A stretch of DNA of 64,000 nt from an uncultured Armatimonadetes bacterium (GTDB taxonomy: Bacteria; Armatimonadota; Hebobacteria; Hebobacterales; Hebobacteraceae). The position numbers were made by a program, and so were the translations under genes. Below, piece after piece: positions 29,071-37,659 of the stretch (position 1 is the stretch's first letter; every line of letters starts with the position of its first letter). The stretch is taken from NCBI GenBank assembly GCA_963716175.1, contig OY970296.1, positions 1,600,001-1,664,000 of the forward strand. Direction: 5' to 3'. The notes beneath the pieces were generated by a model. That model searched no databases, was not told where the DNA came from, and worked only from the letters and a program-made list of their open reading frames with translations.

Positions 29071-29877
29071 ATGACCGAGGATGAACTCGGCGAGATCGTC
29101 TCGGCCCTCAGGCGGTCGCGGAAGTACCGCTTTGTGTGTGAGGACACTCTTCGGCGGATTGCGCGCTGGGCCGCCGCGCGGCATGGGAAGAGGAAGGACA
29201 TCGTCAAGGCGGCGAAGCGGAAGCTCCACCAGGCCTATGGCGCGTACCTCGAGGGGTTCGATCCGGCCGAGGTTGAGGCATTAGTGGAGGCTCTCCCCTC
29301 AGATCCCCCGGAGGGAATGCTGCGGGAGACCTGTCTGAAGATACTGGAGCAGCACGCCTCGGCCAAGGAGCGCATACCATTTATGGAGGAGGCCTTTGCC
29401 GAGGTCTTTCGGAGAACGGGCCGGCCGGAGGTCATCCTCGACCTTGCCTGTGGGCTGAATCCGTTCGCCTTTCCGTGGATGGGGCTGTCGAGGGAGACGG
29501 AGTATCACGCGTACGACATGGAGAGCCGACTTGTGTCGGCGGTGGACGCATTCCTGCTGCGGGTCGGCGTCGAACACAGTGCGGTCTGCTGCGATCTCCT
29601 GGTGTCGGTGCCGGAGGCGGAGGCGGATGTCGCTTTTCTGCTGAAGACGATGCCTTGTCTGGAGCGGCAGGAGAAAGGCGCGAGCAGCCGGATCCTGCGC
29701 GGGGTGAAGGCCCGCAATGTCGTTATCTCATTCCCCGCTCAGTCGCTGGGCGGGAGGGACAAGGGAATGCACGAGCACTACGGGGAGGAGGTGCTGCGGC
29801 TTGGTGCAGACCTCGGCCTCGCTGCAGAGGAGGTCGCCTTCCCGAACGAGACCTTCTACCTGCTGACGAAGGCTTGA
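29071..29877 (+). CDS. Arm/Rmt (FmrO/Sgm) family 16S rRNA m7G1405 methyltransferase-like protein
   Basis: K.KLHQ..GAY, HAS.KER, LDLACGLNP, LLKT.PCLERQ, SFP.QSLGGR.KGM..HY. Confidence 0.85.
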   Translation: MTEDELGEIVSALRRSRKYRFVCEDTLRRIARWAAARHGKRKDIVKAAKRKLHQAYGAYLEGFDPAEVEALVEALPSDPPEGMLRETCLKILEQHASAKERIPFMEEAFAEVFRRTGRPEVILDLACGLNPFAFPWMGLSRETEYHAYDMESRLVSAVDAFLLRVGVEHSAVCCDLLVSVPEAEADVAFLLKTMPCLERQEKGASSRILRGVKARNVVISFPAQSLGGRDKGMHEHYGEEVLRLGADLGLAAEEVAFPNETFYLLTKA

Positions 29878-30163
29878 GCAGCGCTCGCTCTGCGAATCAG
29901 CGCAGCTCCCGCGGGCTCCAGGTCGCGCTCCTGGAGCCGGATTTCGACCTTCTGAGCATCTTGCTGGCCGCGGATGACGGCAGGACCGCAGGGGTGGCCG
30001 CGGCGGTGGGACTGAGGCGGGCGGTCCGGGGTGCCCGTGAGACGCGAGACGGTTCGATTCCCACGCGGACCAGGAAGACGCTCTGGCATCGAAATCCCCG
30101 ACTTCGTCCGAAGGCCCGTCGTTTCGATGCCAGGATGTTGTCCTCCGCCAAGTGCGTGGCGAT

Positions 30164-30217
30164 AGGTCTGGTGCATGCGAGGGGGGAGGGAAACCATCCC
30201 CCCTCGGTTCTTCCCCC
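30164..30217. repeat. G/C-run hairpin repeat (copies also at 44872-44920 and 52781-52834)
   Basis: AGGTCTGGTGCAT.CGA(A)GGGGGAGG-loop-CC.CCCCC.TCG.TTCTTCCCCC. Confidence 0.65.
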
Positions 30218-30291
30218 ACCTTGTGGGAGGAGAACGATAGGCTTGGCGCCGTTCGCGGGGCAGGGTCATGCTCCTGCCCGGCCTGCGGGAG

Positions 30292-31788
30292 CTATCTGTG
30301 CGCCAACACCCGCATCACTTCGTCAATGGTGGTGAGGCCGTCTTTGGCCTTGCGCAGGCCATCCTGAAGCATGGTGACCATGCCGGACTCGATGGCGGCC
30401 TGGCGCAGCTCGCCGGTGGGGGCGCGGCGGATGGTCATCTCCTTAAGGCGGTCGTCCATCTCCAACAGCTCGAAGAGCGAGATGCGCGCCCGATAGCCGG
30501 TGCCGCGGCAGTCGGCGCACCCCCGCCCGCGGTAGAAGGCCGCGCCGGTGAGGTCCAGGCCAGAGAGCGACTGGACGTGCTCGGCCAGCCCTGTCCCAGG
30601 CTGGAAGGGCGCTTTGCACTTCTGGCAGAGGCGGCGCGCCAGGCGCTGCGCGAGCACCGCGGTGAGCGCGGTGCCGACGAGGAAGGGCTCGGCGCCCATA
30701 TCGAGTAGGCGGGTGATGGTGCTGGGAGCGTCGTGCGGAAGCATCGTGGTCAGGACCAGGTGGCCAGTCAGGGCGGCCTGGATGGAGGTTTCGGCAGTGG
30801 CCAGGTCCTCGATCGCCCCGACCAGTATGATGTCGGGGTCGGCGCGCTGGAAGTAGCGCATGGCGGCGGCGTAGGTTAACCCCATCTTCCGGTTGACGTG
30901 CATCTGGGAGACACCGCGCATGCGGTAGATCACGGGATCCTCAATCGTGACCAGCTTCCTGGTGGGCGAGTTGAGGATGTTGAGCGCCGAGTAGAGGGTG
31001 GTCGTCTTGCCTGATCCCGCAGGCCCCACGACGACGATCAGCCCGTTCGGGTCGCGCAGCCTGCGCTCGAAGCGCTCCTGGATCTCCGGGTAGAAACCAA
31101 GCTTCTCCATGCCGATGAGCACACTGCTCTGGTCGTAGATGCGTACCACCGCGCTCTCCCCATAGAGGGCGGGGAAGGTGAGGGTCCGCAGGTCATACTC
31201 GCGACCCTCGTACTCATAGATGATGCGGCCGTCCTGGGGGATGCGGCGCTCGCCGACCTCGGCGTCGGCCATGATCTTCAGGCGCGCGACCAGGGGACGA
31301 TGCGCCTCTTTAGGGAGGGATAGTGCCTCGCTAAGCACGCCGTCAACGCGGTAGCGGATCACAACCTGGTCGCGGCTGGTGTCGAGGTGGATGTCGCTGG
31401 CGCGGGCTGCGATCGCTTCCCTGAAGATGGTGTTCCAGGTGGCAGCGACCGCGCTCTGTGGGCCTGCCTCCTCGGTGCTGACTTGGTCCCAGTCAATCGG
31501 AGGGAGGTGGCGCTCCTGGCGGGCCTTGTTGACGGCCTTCGCCAACCCGGCGGGCTCGTGCAGCTCGGCCGGCTCTTCGGCCTGGAGGAACTGCTCCAGG
31601 TCCCGGCGGTAGAACCTCCACTGGGTGCCGGCCTTGAAGCCCTTGATCTTCTCCTGCGCGAGCCAGCGGTAGAAGGTGGGCTTGCTCACTTTCAGGAAGG
31701 CCGCCGCGGCTGTCAAGTCCAGCACCTCGTCCGGCGGGGGTGCCTGGGGCTGCTCCTTCGTCGTCTTCGCCTGCTTTGCTCTACGCAT
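30292..31788 (-). CDS. GspE/PilB-family ATPase with N-terminal excisionase-type HTH and degenerate catalytic motifs
   Basis: AAAFLKVSKPTFYRW..GTQWRF HTH_17; ASDIH, PQDGR, GPAGSGKTT, CQKC/CADC; altered EDPVIY, VGAIED, TTMLPH. Confidence 0.9.
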   Translation of the reverse strand: MRRAKQAKTTKEQPQAPPPDEVLDLTAAAAFLKVSKPTFYRWLAQEKIKGFKAGTQWRFYRRDLEQFLQAEEPAELHEPAGLAKAVNKARQERHLPPIDWDQVSTEEAGPQSAVAATWNTIFREAIAARASDIHLDTSRDQVVIRYRVDGVLSEALSLPKEAHRPLVARLKIMADAEVGERRIPQDGRIIYEYEGREYDLRTLTFPALYGESAVVRIYDQSSVLIGMEKLGFYPEIQERFERRLRDPNGLIVVVGPAGSGKTTTLYSALNILNSPTRKLVTIEDPVIYRMRGVSQMHVNRKMGLTYAAAMRYFQRADPDIILVGAIEDLATAETSIQAALTGHLVLTTMLPHDAPSTITRLLDMGAEPFLVGTALTAVLAQRLARRLCQKCKAPFQPGTGLAEHVQSLSGLDLTGAAFYRGRGCADCRGTGYRARISLFELLEMDDRLKEMTIRRAPTGELRQAAIESGMVTMLQDGLRKAKDGLTTIDEVMRVLAHR

Positions 31789-31800
31789 TTCGATGCTCCT

Positions 31801-32490
31801 TCAGGCTTGTCTCTTGCCGGGCAGGTCGCGGACCTGCCCTACGCGGGCTGGGCGCGCCTTCGCGGCTTCATCCAGCAGGTAGTCCGCTACGATGGAAAGG
31901 GTTTCGGCCAGCCTTCCGGTTTGCTCACCATCGCGGATCATCTCAATGGTCATCGGCGGCAGGTCGGCGGCCACCGGGGCGAGCGCTTCGCTGAGATCGG
32001 CACCCCCGCGCACGGCCTCGCGGGCGGCGAGCAAGGCCCCGCGCGGCTCCGGCACCACGATGGACTCGGCGGCCGCCTCCAGAGCCTGGAGGATCGGCAC
32101 TCCCACCTGGAGCATTAGTCCGAGACGGCCCACGGCAAGGGAGTATTCGCGAAGCAGACGGTTGTGAGACGCCGGCAGGGATCGCTCCGCCTCCAGGCGA
32201 TCAGCGAGCTTAGTCAGCGCAGGCCCGGGCGCGCCGTGCAGCTCACCGCTGAGGATGGTTCCCCAGACGAACGCTGGGACGCGGGAGATCAGCCCTCTCG
32301 CAACCGTGGCCTCCGATACCAGGTTGTCTCGCATCGCGCGCAGGAGGGCTCGTGGCCCCGCGGGGGCGCGTGGAGAGATGCTGTCCAAGGCCTGCAAGAT
32401 GGTGGTGTCGCCCTGCAGGGCGGCCGCCAGGCGGCGGCAAACCCAGACTACGTCCTTTGCGGCCTGCGCGGAAAGCTGGTTCTGGCCCAT
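31801..32490 (-). CDS. GspF/PilC-like protein with two cytoplasmic T2SSF domains and no transmembrane helices
   Basis: ILQAL..GELHG..L..LAD and GVPILQAL..V.GG..LS.AL..MI..GEQTG.L...L..VADY repeats joined by a short polar linker. Confidence 0.75.
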   Translation of the reverse strand: MGQNQLSAQAAKDVVWVCRRLAAALQGDTTILQALDSISPRAPAGPRALLRAMRDNLVSEATVARGLISRVPAFVWGTILSGELHGAPGPALTKLADRLEAERSLPASHNRLLREYSLAVGRLGLMLQVGVPILQALEAAAESIVVPEPRGALLAAREAVRGGADLSEALAPVAADLPPMTIEMIRDGEQTGRLAETLSIVADYLLDEAAKARPARVGQVRDLPGKRQA

Positions 32491-32510
32491 GCCAAGGCCC
32501 CCTTTCCAAT

Positions 32511-32565
32511 GGCTATCACTGGTTATCATCAGTCATCATATACCATATTTGATAGGACATGTCAA
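32511..32565 (-). promoter_or_regulatory. Promoter of gspF/gspE-like operon with 10-bp-phased direct repeats
   Basis: Minus-strand TTGACA at 32565-32560, AT-rich -10 region near 32535-32542; GGCTATCACT/GGTTATCATC/AGTCATCATA at 32511-32540. Confidence 0.55.
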
Positions 32566-32630
32566 GGGGCTCCTGCATATTCCTCGCACCGTAGTGGCCG
32601 GAGCAGATGGTAGGACGGTGAGGTGGAGCC

Positions 32631-33542
32631 GTGACGCCTGAGATTCCAGTATTGCCGCAGATGCGGGCCCTCGGACTGGAGGACCGAGCGATCCTGCATC
32701 CACTCTTGGGGGAGCTGCGGCCCCAGCAGTCCGAGTTCACGTTCACCAATCTGTTCATCTGGCGTGACGCGCATCAGCTCCGGCTCTCCCGCGTGGGCGA
32801 GGCGGTGCTGATCTTCTCGTGGCGGGCCGACCCGGAGGACTCGTTCCTGTTCCCTCCCTTGGGCGCGGGTGCGGATAGGACCGTGGTGCGCGCGGCGCTG
32901 GAGCACATGGCGGCGGAGGGGCACAATCCCCGGCTGGCGCGGGCCACCGTGGAGGACCTGACGCGGTTGGAGGTGACGGAAGACGAGTTTGCGATCCAGT
33001 CCGATCGCGCGCAGTGGGACTACGTCTACCCGGTGCAGGACCTGATCGAGCTGCGCGGGAATCGCTATCATGGGAAGCGGAACCACCTGGAGCAGTTCAC
33101 CCAACGCTATCAGTTCAGCTATCATGGGCTGGCGGCGGAGCTGGCGCCGGCCTGTCAGGAGCTGCAGGATCGCTGGTGCGATGAGAAGCACTGCGACCTG
33201 GTGGCGACCCTGCACAGTGAGAGCCGGGCGGTGAAGGAGGCGCTGGAGGAGTTCGAGACGCTGGGGATCACCGGGGGCTGCATCGTGGTGGAGGGGAAAG
33301 TGGAGGCGTTCGCGCTGGGCGAACTCCTGAACCCCGAGACGGTGGTGATCCACATCGAGAAGGCGAACGCGGCCTTCCACGGTCTCTATCAAGCTGTCAA
33401 CCAGCAGTTCCTGGAGCAGGCATGGAGGCGAGTTCCTTACGTGAATCGAGAGCAGGATCTAGGCCTTGCGGGCCTACGCAAGGCGAAGGAATCGTACCAC
33501 CCACATCACATGGTCGAGAAATTCGAAGTGCGCCTGAAGTGA
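32631..33542 (+). CDS. DUF2156 (phosphatidylglycerol lysyltransferase-like) protein
   Basis: SEFTFTNLFIW, DYVY...L..L.G..YH.KRNH, HIEKA, YVNREQDLG..GLRKAK.SY.P. Confidence 0.9.
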   Translation: MTPEIPVLPQMRALGLEDRAILHPLLGELRPQQSEFTFTNLFIWRDAHQLRLSRVGEAVLIFSWRADPEDSFLFPPLGAGADRTVVRAALEHMAAEGHNPRLARATVEDLTRLEVTEDEFAIQSDRAQWDYVYPVQDLIELRGNRYHGKRNHLEQFTQRYQFSYHGLAAELAPACQELQDRWCDEKHCDLVATLHSESRAVKEALEEFETLGITGGCIVVEGKVEAFALGELLNPETVVIHIEKANAAFHGLYQAVNQQFLEQAWRRVPYVNREQDLGLAGLRKAKESYHPHHMVEKFEVRLK

Positions 33543-34399
33543 GAGCGCGTCTCCGCCAGCTCTTCGTCTCTGGACTCTGCCTGCTGGCGACGGCCGGCGC
33601 GGCGCGCGCGGCGCCCCGGATCGAGCTGGCCCCGGAAGGACCGCGGCCCGGGGAGGTGATACTGATCACACTGCGGCCCGAGCAGGCGCTGCTGCGCGCT
33701 TCCTGCTCGTGGCGCGGGCGCGCGTATGCTTTCCTCCCTGTCGAAGACGGCTACGGGCTGGTGCTCCCGGTGGCGGCGAGCGCGCGACCTGGCGGCTATC
33801 ATGCCACCATCTACTGGAAATACGAGGACGGCCAGGGCGGAGCGGTAAGCCTGCCGGTGGAGGTGGCACCGAGACGGTTTGGAGTGCAGCGGCTGCGGCT
33901 ATCGGCGAGCCAGGAGCGGCGGTATTCGGCGCCAGAGACGGCGCGGGAGTACCAGCTGATTGGGGCGGCGCTGGACCGGGTGGGCCCGCAGCGGCTGTGG
34001 CGGGGGGATTTCACGATGCCGCTGCATGGGCGTGTGAGCACGGAATTCGGGCTTCAGCGGTACGTCAACGGGCGCTTCGACTACCGCCACCGGGGGCTCG
34101 ACATCGCGGCGCCGCAGGGCACGCCGGTGCTGGCGCCAGCGGCGGGGGTGGTGGCGCTGGCCGACGCCTCCTTCCTGCTGCACGGGCAGACGGTGATCCT
34201 GGACCACGGGCAGGGCACGGCCTCACTCTACCTGCACCTGTCTCAGATCGAGGTCACGCCGGGCGAAGCGGTGGAGCAGGGCCAGGTGATCGGTCGCGTG
34301 GGGGCCACCGGGATTGCGACCGGGCCGCATCTGCATTACGCTGTCTACGTCTACCACGAGGCGGTGGATCCGCGGTGCTGGCTGCACCTTCCCCGCTGA
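33539..34399 (+). CDS. M23 family metallopeptidase
   Basis: Signal peptide, HRGLDIAA, DHG.G..SLYLHL, TGPHLH. Confidence 0.9.
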   Translation: MRARLRQLFVSGLCLLATAGAARAAPRIELAPEGPRPGEVILITLRPEQALLRASCSWRGRAYAFLPVEDGYGLVLPVAASARPGGYHATIYWKYEDGQGGAVSLPVEVAPRRFGVQRLRLSASQERRYSAPETAREYQLIGAALDRVGPQRLWRGDFTMPLHGRVSTEFGLQRYVNGRFDYRHRGLDIAAPQGTPVLAPAAGVVALADASFLLHGQTVILDHGQGTASLYLHLSQIEVTPGEAVEQGQVIGRVGATGIATGPHLHYAVYVYHEAVDPRCWLHLPR

Positions 34400-34474
34400 A
34401 GATGGAGTGAGGAAAGCGGCGTTCCCTCGGTGTTACTCTGGCGCGCGCTGCTGCGAGCAGGGAGATCAGATAGC

Positions 34475-34507
34475 GATCGGGCGAGGGAGCATCTCCCTCG
34501 CCCGATC
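34475..34507. terminator. 14-bp GC hairpin between convergent genes
   Basis: GATCGGGCGAGGGA-GCATC-TCCCTCGCCCGATC, 11 nt after the microprotein stop; no strong U tract. Confidence 0.45.
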
Positions 34508-34518
34508 TCTTTCGCCGA

Positions 34519-34584
34519 CTACTTCTTCTTTTTCTTCGCCGATTTCTTTGCGACCTTCTTTGCGGCCTTCTTCTTGGCTGGCAA
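34519..34584 (-). CDS. 21-aa Lys/Ala-rich histone-H1-like microprotein
   Basis: AAGGGGGG RBS, TTG start, MPAKKKAAKKVAKKSAKKKKK*, followed by a hairpin. Confidence 0.65.
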   Translation of the reverse strand: MPAKKKAAKKVAKKSAKKKKK

Positions 34585-34847
34585 CTCTGTTGCCCCCCTT
34601 CTTGCGTACCGCGTATGCGATGAGGACCGCATCACCTGTGCCCGGGCTCAGGCCCCTTTGGCGCGGCACGTTGATAGATGGCCTAACCGCCTCTTTGGCC
34701 ACTCGCGCGCGTCCGCGCGATGAGTCTGATCGCATATGCCACACTTTGGTCACTTTCTCGCACTCACCTCGCGAAAAAGTTTTGCACTGAGGTCGCGTGG
34801 GAGACGAGAGCGCGACACGAGAGGTGATGTCATGTGAGGACGCGGCA

Positions 34848-34951
34848 CTACTGAGCTTCGCCCAAAGAAATAACGGAGCGAAGCTCAGGCAACTGGTCAG
34901 ACGGGCCCGGAGCGGCGTTCGCACATTACTTCTCTGTGCGAACGCCATTAG
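34848..34951. repeat. 104-bp twin-hairpin MITE/REPIN-like element, copy 2
   Basis: CTACTGAGCTTCGC..GCGAAGCTCAG and GGCGTTCGCACA..TGTGCGAACGCCATTAG. Confidence 0.75.
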
Positions 34952-35021
34952 TGCACGATGACGCGGTCATCGGCAATCAGGTGCGCGCGGGGGCCGCATC
35001 GGGATCGACGATGGAGTCGGA

Positions 35022-35306
35022 CTACTCGCGCACGGCGAGAATGGAGTCTTCATCCAGCAGCACCAGGTCCTCGCCGCCTACCGTCACTTCGGTCCCCGCG
35101 TACTTCGAGTAGATTACAGTATCGCCGACCTTGATATGGAGCGGGATACGCTTGCCATTCTCCAAGCGCTTGCCGCTGCCGACAGCCAGCACCCTTCCCT
35201 CCTGGGGTTTCTTGCGAGCGGTATCCGGGAGCACGATGCCGCCCCGGGTGCGCTCCTCTGCTTCGTGCGGGCGCACCAGCACACGATCAGCTAGCGGCTT
35301 CAGCAT
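35022..35306 (-). CDS. groES: Co-chaperonin GroES
   Basis: LKPLADRVLV, TRGGIVLPD, AVG.GK, KVGD.V.YSKYAGTEV. Confidence 0.97.
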   Translation of the reverse strand: MLKPLADRVLVRPHEAEERTRGGIVLPDTARKKPQEGRVLAVGSGKRLENGKRIPLHIKVGDTVIYSKYAGTEVTVGGEDLVLLDEDSILAVRE

Positions 35307-35473
35307 GAGCCTGTACCTCCTTGACGGTGTCTGACAACGCTGTGTTCAGGGCTCTATGAAAGCGGCCTACGAGCCGTGCCAACCCGGGTATCCGGTTCTG
35401 ATGCGGCTTCGGCGCAGACTCGCCCCGAAGCCCGCCACCGCCCTTCCTGGGCAAGAGCACGGACACGGGCGGT

Positions 35474-35502
35474 ATTGTATTTTCCGCCTGTGGGGTTGTC
35501 AA
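35474..35502 (-). promoter_or_regulatory. sigma70 promoter of groES
   Basis: Minus strand TTGACA-17bp-TACAAT. Confidence 0.65.
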
Positions 35503-35601
35503 GCCAGCAGGGGCAGGAGCAAGCTCCTGCCCAACGAACCCTACTTCGCCAAGGCTTCGTAGGGCAGGCTGCTTCTGGCCTGCTCACGCAGCCGGAGAGC
35601 C

Positions 35602-37053
35602 ATGGCCTTCGAGGGACTGCAAGACTACGCGGCGGCGCTGGAGAGGCGCGGCGAGCTGCGCACGATTGGGGCCTCGGTTGACCCGGAGCTCGAGATCACT
35701 GAGATCGCGGACCGGGTGCTGCGCGCGGGCGGACCCGCGCTGCGGTTCACCGCGCCCAAGGGATCGCGCTATCCGGTGCTGATCAACCTGTTCGGCACGG
35801 CCGCGCGGACGGCCTTCGCGCTGGGAGTCTCGAATGTGAACGAGATCGGGGCGCGACTGGAGGGCCTGCTGCGGACCCAGCCGCCGAGCTCGCTGCTGGA
35901 TAAGCTGCGGGCGATACCCAGGCTGGTGGAGATGAGCTCATGGGCGCCGCGCCAGGTGGGGACCGCGCCTTGCCAGGAAGTGGCGGAGGAGAATGCCTCG
36001 CTGTTGGACCTGCCGGCCCTGAAGTGCTGGCCGGGGGATGGCGGGCGGTTCCTCACGCTCCCCATGGTGATCACGCGCCATCCCGAAAGCGGGCAGCGCA
36101 ATGTGGGCATGTACCGGATGCAGATCTTCGACGAGCGCACCACGGGCATGCACTGGCACCCCCACAAGGTGGGGGCGGCGCACTACCGAGCCTATCAGGC
36201 GCGGGGGGAGCGAATGCCGGTGGCAGTGGCCCTGGGCAGCGACCCGGCGGTGATCTATGCCGCCACCGCGCCGCTGCCGGAGGAGTTCGACGAGATGCTC
36301 TTCGCCGGGTTCCTGCGGCGGAAGTCGGTGGAGATGGCGCGGTGCCGGAGTTGCGAGCTGGAGGTGCCGGCCGACGCCGAGTTCGTGCTGGAGGGATATG
36401 TCGAGCCCGGCGAGTTGAGAACAGAGGGACCGTTCGGGGACCATACCGGCTACTACTCACTGCCCGCCGAGTTCCCGGTGTTCCACTTGACGGCACTGAC
36501 GCGGCGGGCGCGCCCGGTCTATCCGGCCACCATCGTGGGGCCTCCGCCCAAGGAGGACTGCTTCCTGGGGAAGGCCACGGAACGGATTTTCCTGCCCTTG
36601 CTGCGAATGCAGGTTCCCGAGATCGTTGACATCAACCTGCCGATCGAAGGGATCTTCCACAACCTGGCGCTGGTGCGCATCGCCAAGCGCTATCCGGGGC
36701 AGGCCTTCAAGGTGATGCACGCGCTCTGGGGAATGGGCCAGATGATGCTGACCAAGATCATCGTGGTGGTGGATGAGGAGGTGGATGTGCAGAACCTGCC
36801 CCAGGTGATATGGCGGGTGGGGAACAACATAGACCCGGAGCGCGATGTCTGCTTCGTGCCAGGGCCGGTGGATATCCTCGACCACGCGGCCCGGCTGCCG
36901 GGCTTCGGCTCCAAGATGGGCGTTGACGCCACGCGCAAGCTGCCCGGGGAAGGCTTCTCTCGCCCCTGGCCGGAGGTGATCGAGATGAGCGCAGAGGTGC
37001 GGGCCCGGGTGGACGGGGTGATGGGGACGCTGGGACTGGAGGAAAGAGAATGA
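35602..37053 (+). CDS. ubiD: UbiD-family decarboxylase (menaquinone biosynthesis)
   Basis: VDPELEITEI, NVGMYRMQ, EGPFGDHTGYY, GPPPKED, SKMGVDAT. Confidence 0.92.
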   Translation: MAFEGLQDYAAALERRGELRTIGASVDPELEITEIADRVLRAGGPALRFTAPKGSRYPVLINLFGTAARTAFALGVSNVNEIGARLEGLLRTQPPSSLLDKLRAIPRLVEMSSWAPRQVGTAPCQEVAEENASLLDLPALKCWPGDGGRFLTLPMVITRHPESGQRNVGMYRMQIFDERTTGMHWHPHKVGAAHYRAYQARGERMPVAVALGSDPAVIYAATAPLPEEFDEMLFAGFLRRKSVEMARCRSCELEVPADAEFVLEGYVEPGELRTEGPFGDHTGYYSLPAEFPVFHLTALTRRARPVYPATIVGPPPKEDCFLGKATERIFLPLLRMQVPEIVDINLPIEGIFHNLALVRIAKRYPGQAFKVMHALWGMGQMMLTKIIVVVDEEVDVQNLPQVIWRVGNNIDPERDVCFVPGPVDILDHAARLPGFGSKMGVDATRKLPGEGFSRPWPEVIEMSAEVRARVDGVMGTLGLEERE

Positions 37054-37646
37054 CGGAAGTAAAGGAGCTGTTCATCGCCATCACGGGAGCGAGTGGGGCG
37101 ATCTATGCCGATCGTCTGCTGCGCAGAGCGGCGGACCTGGTGGGCCGGCTGGATGTGGTGCTGAGCACGCACGGCGCGGAGGTGGCAGCTCACGAGTTGG
37201 GGTGGGCGGTGGACTTCGACACCCTCCACGTCACCGGGCCGCCGCCGGAGGTGCTGAAGCGGGCGCAGTTCTATCGGCCGGATGACCTCTCGGCGCGCTA
37301 CGCCAGCGGCTCGGCCGCGCCCGACGCCATGATCGTCATCCCCTGCTCGATGAACGTGGCGGGACGGATCGCCTCAGGCCTGGGAGATACCCTGATCACC
37401 CGCGCGGCGGCGGTGTGCCTGAAGGAGCGCCGGCCCCTGGTGCTGGTGGTGCGGGAGGCGCCTCTCAATCTGCTTGACTTGCGGAACTTCGTGGCCCTCA
37501 CGGAGGCGGGGGCGACGATCATGCCGGCGGCGCCGCCTTTCTACTCGAGCCCCAAGAGCATCGAGGAGCTGGCCGATTACTTCGCGGCGCGGGTGCTGGA
37601 CCAGGTGGGCCTGCGGGTGCGGCATCCGGGCCGCTGGGGAGGTTGA
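37050..37646 (+). CDS. ubiX: UbiX flavin prenyltransferase
   Basis: AITGASGAIYA, ASGS, PCSM, RAA.V.LKERR, REAP, P.FY. Confidence 0.93.
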   Translation: MTEVKELFIAITGASGAIYADRLLRRAADLVGRLDVVLSTHGAEVAAHELGWAVDFDTLHVTGPPPEVLKRAQFYRPDDLSARYASGSAAPDAMIVIPCSMNVAGRIASGLGDTLITRAAAVCLKERRPLVLVVREAPLNLLDLRNFVALTEAGATIMPAAPPFYSSPKSIEELADYFAARVLDQVGLRVRHPGRWGG

Positions 37647-37659
37647 GAGGAGCCGCGCC

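Noticed and set aside
29935-30072. tRNA/tmRNA-like GGTTCGATTCC..ACCA
   Set aside because: No proper T-stem, D arm or anticodon arm and no tag reading frame; treated as chance within a hairpin-rich convergent spacer
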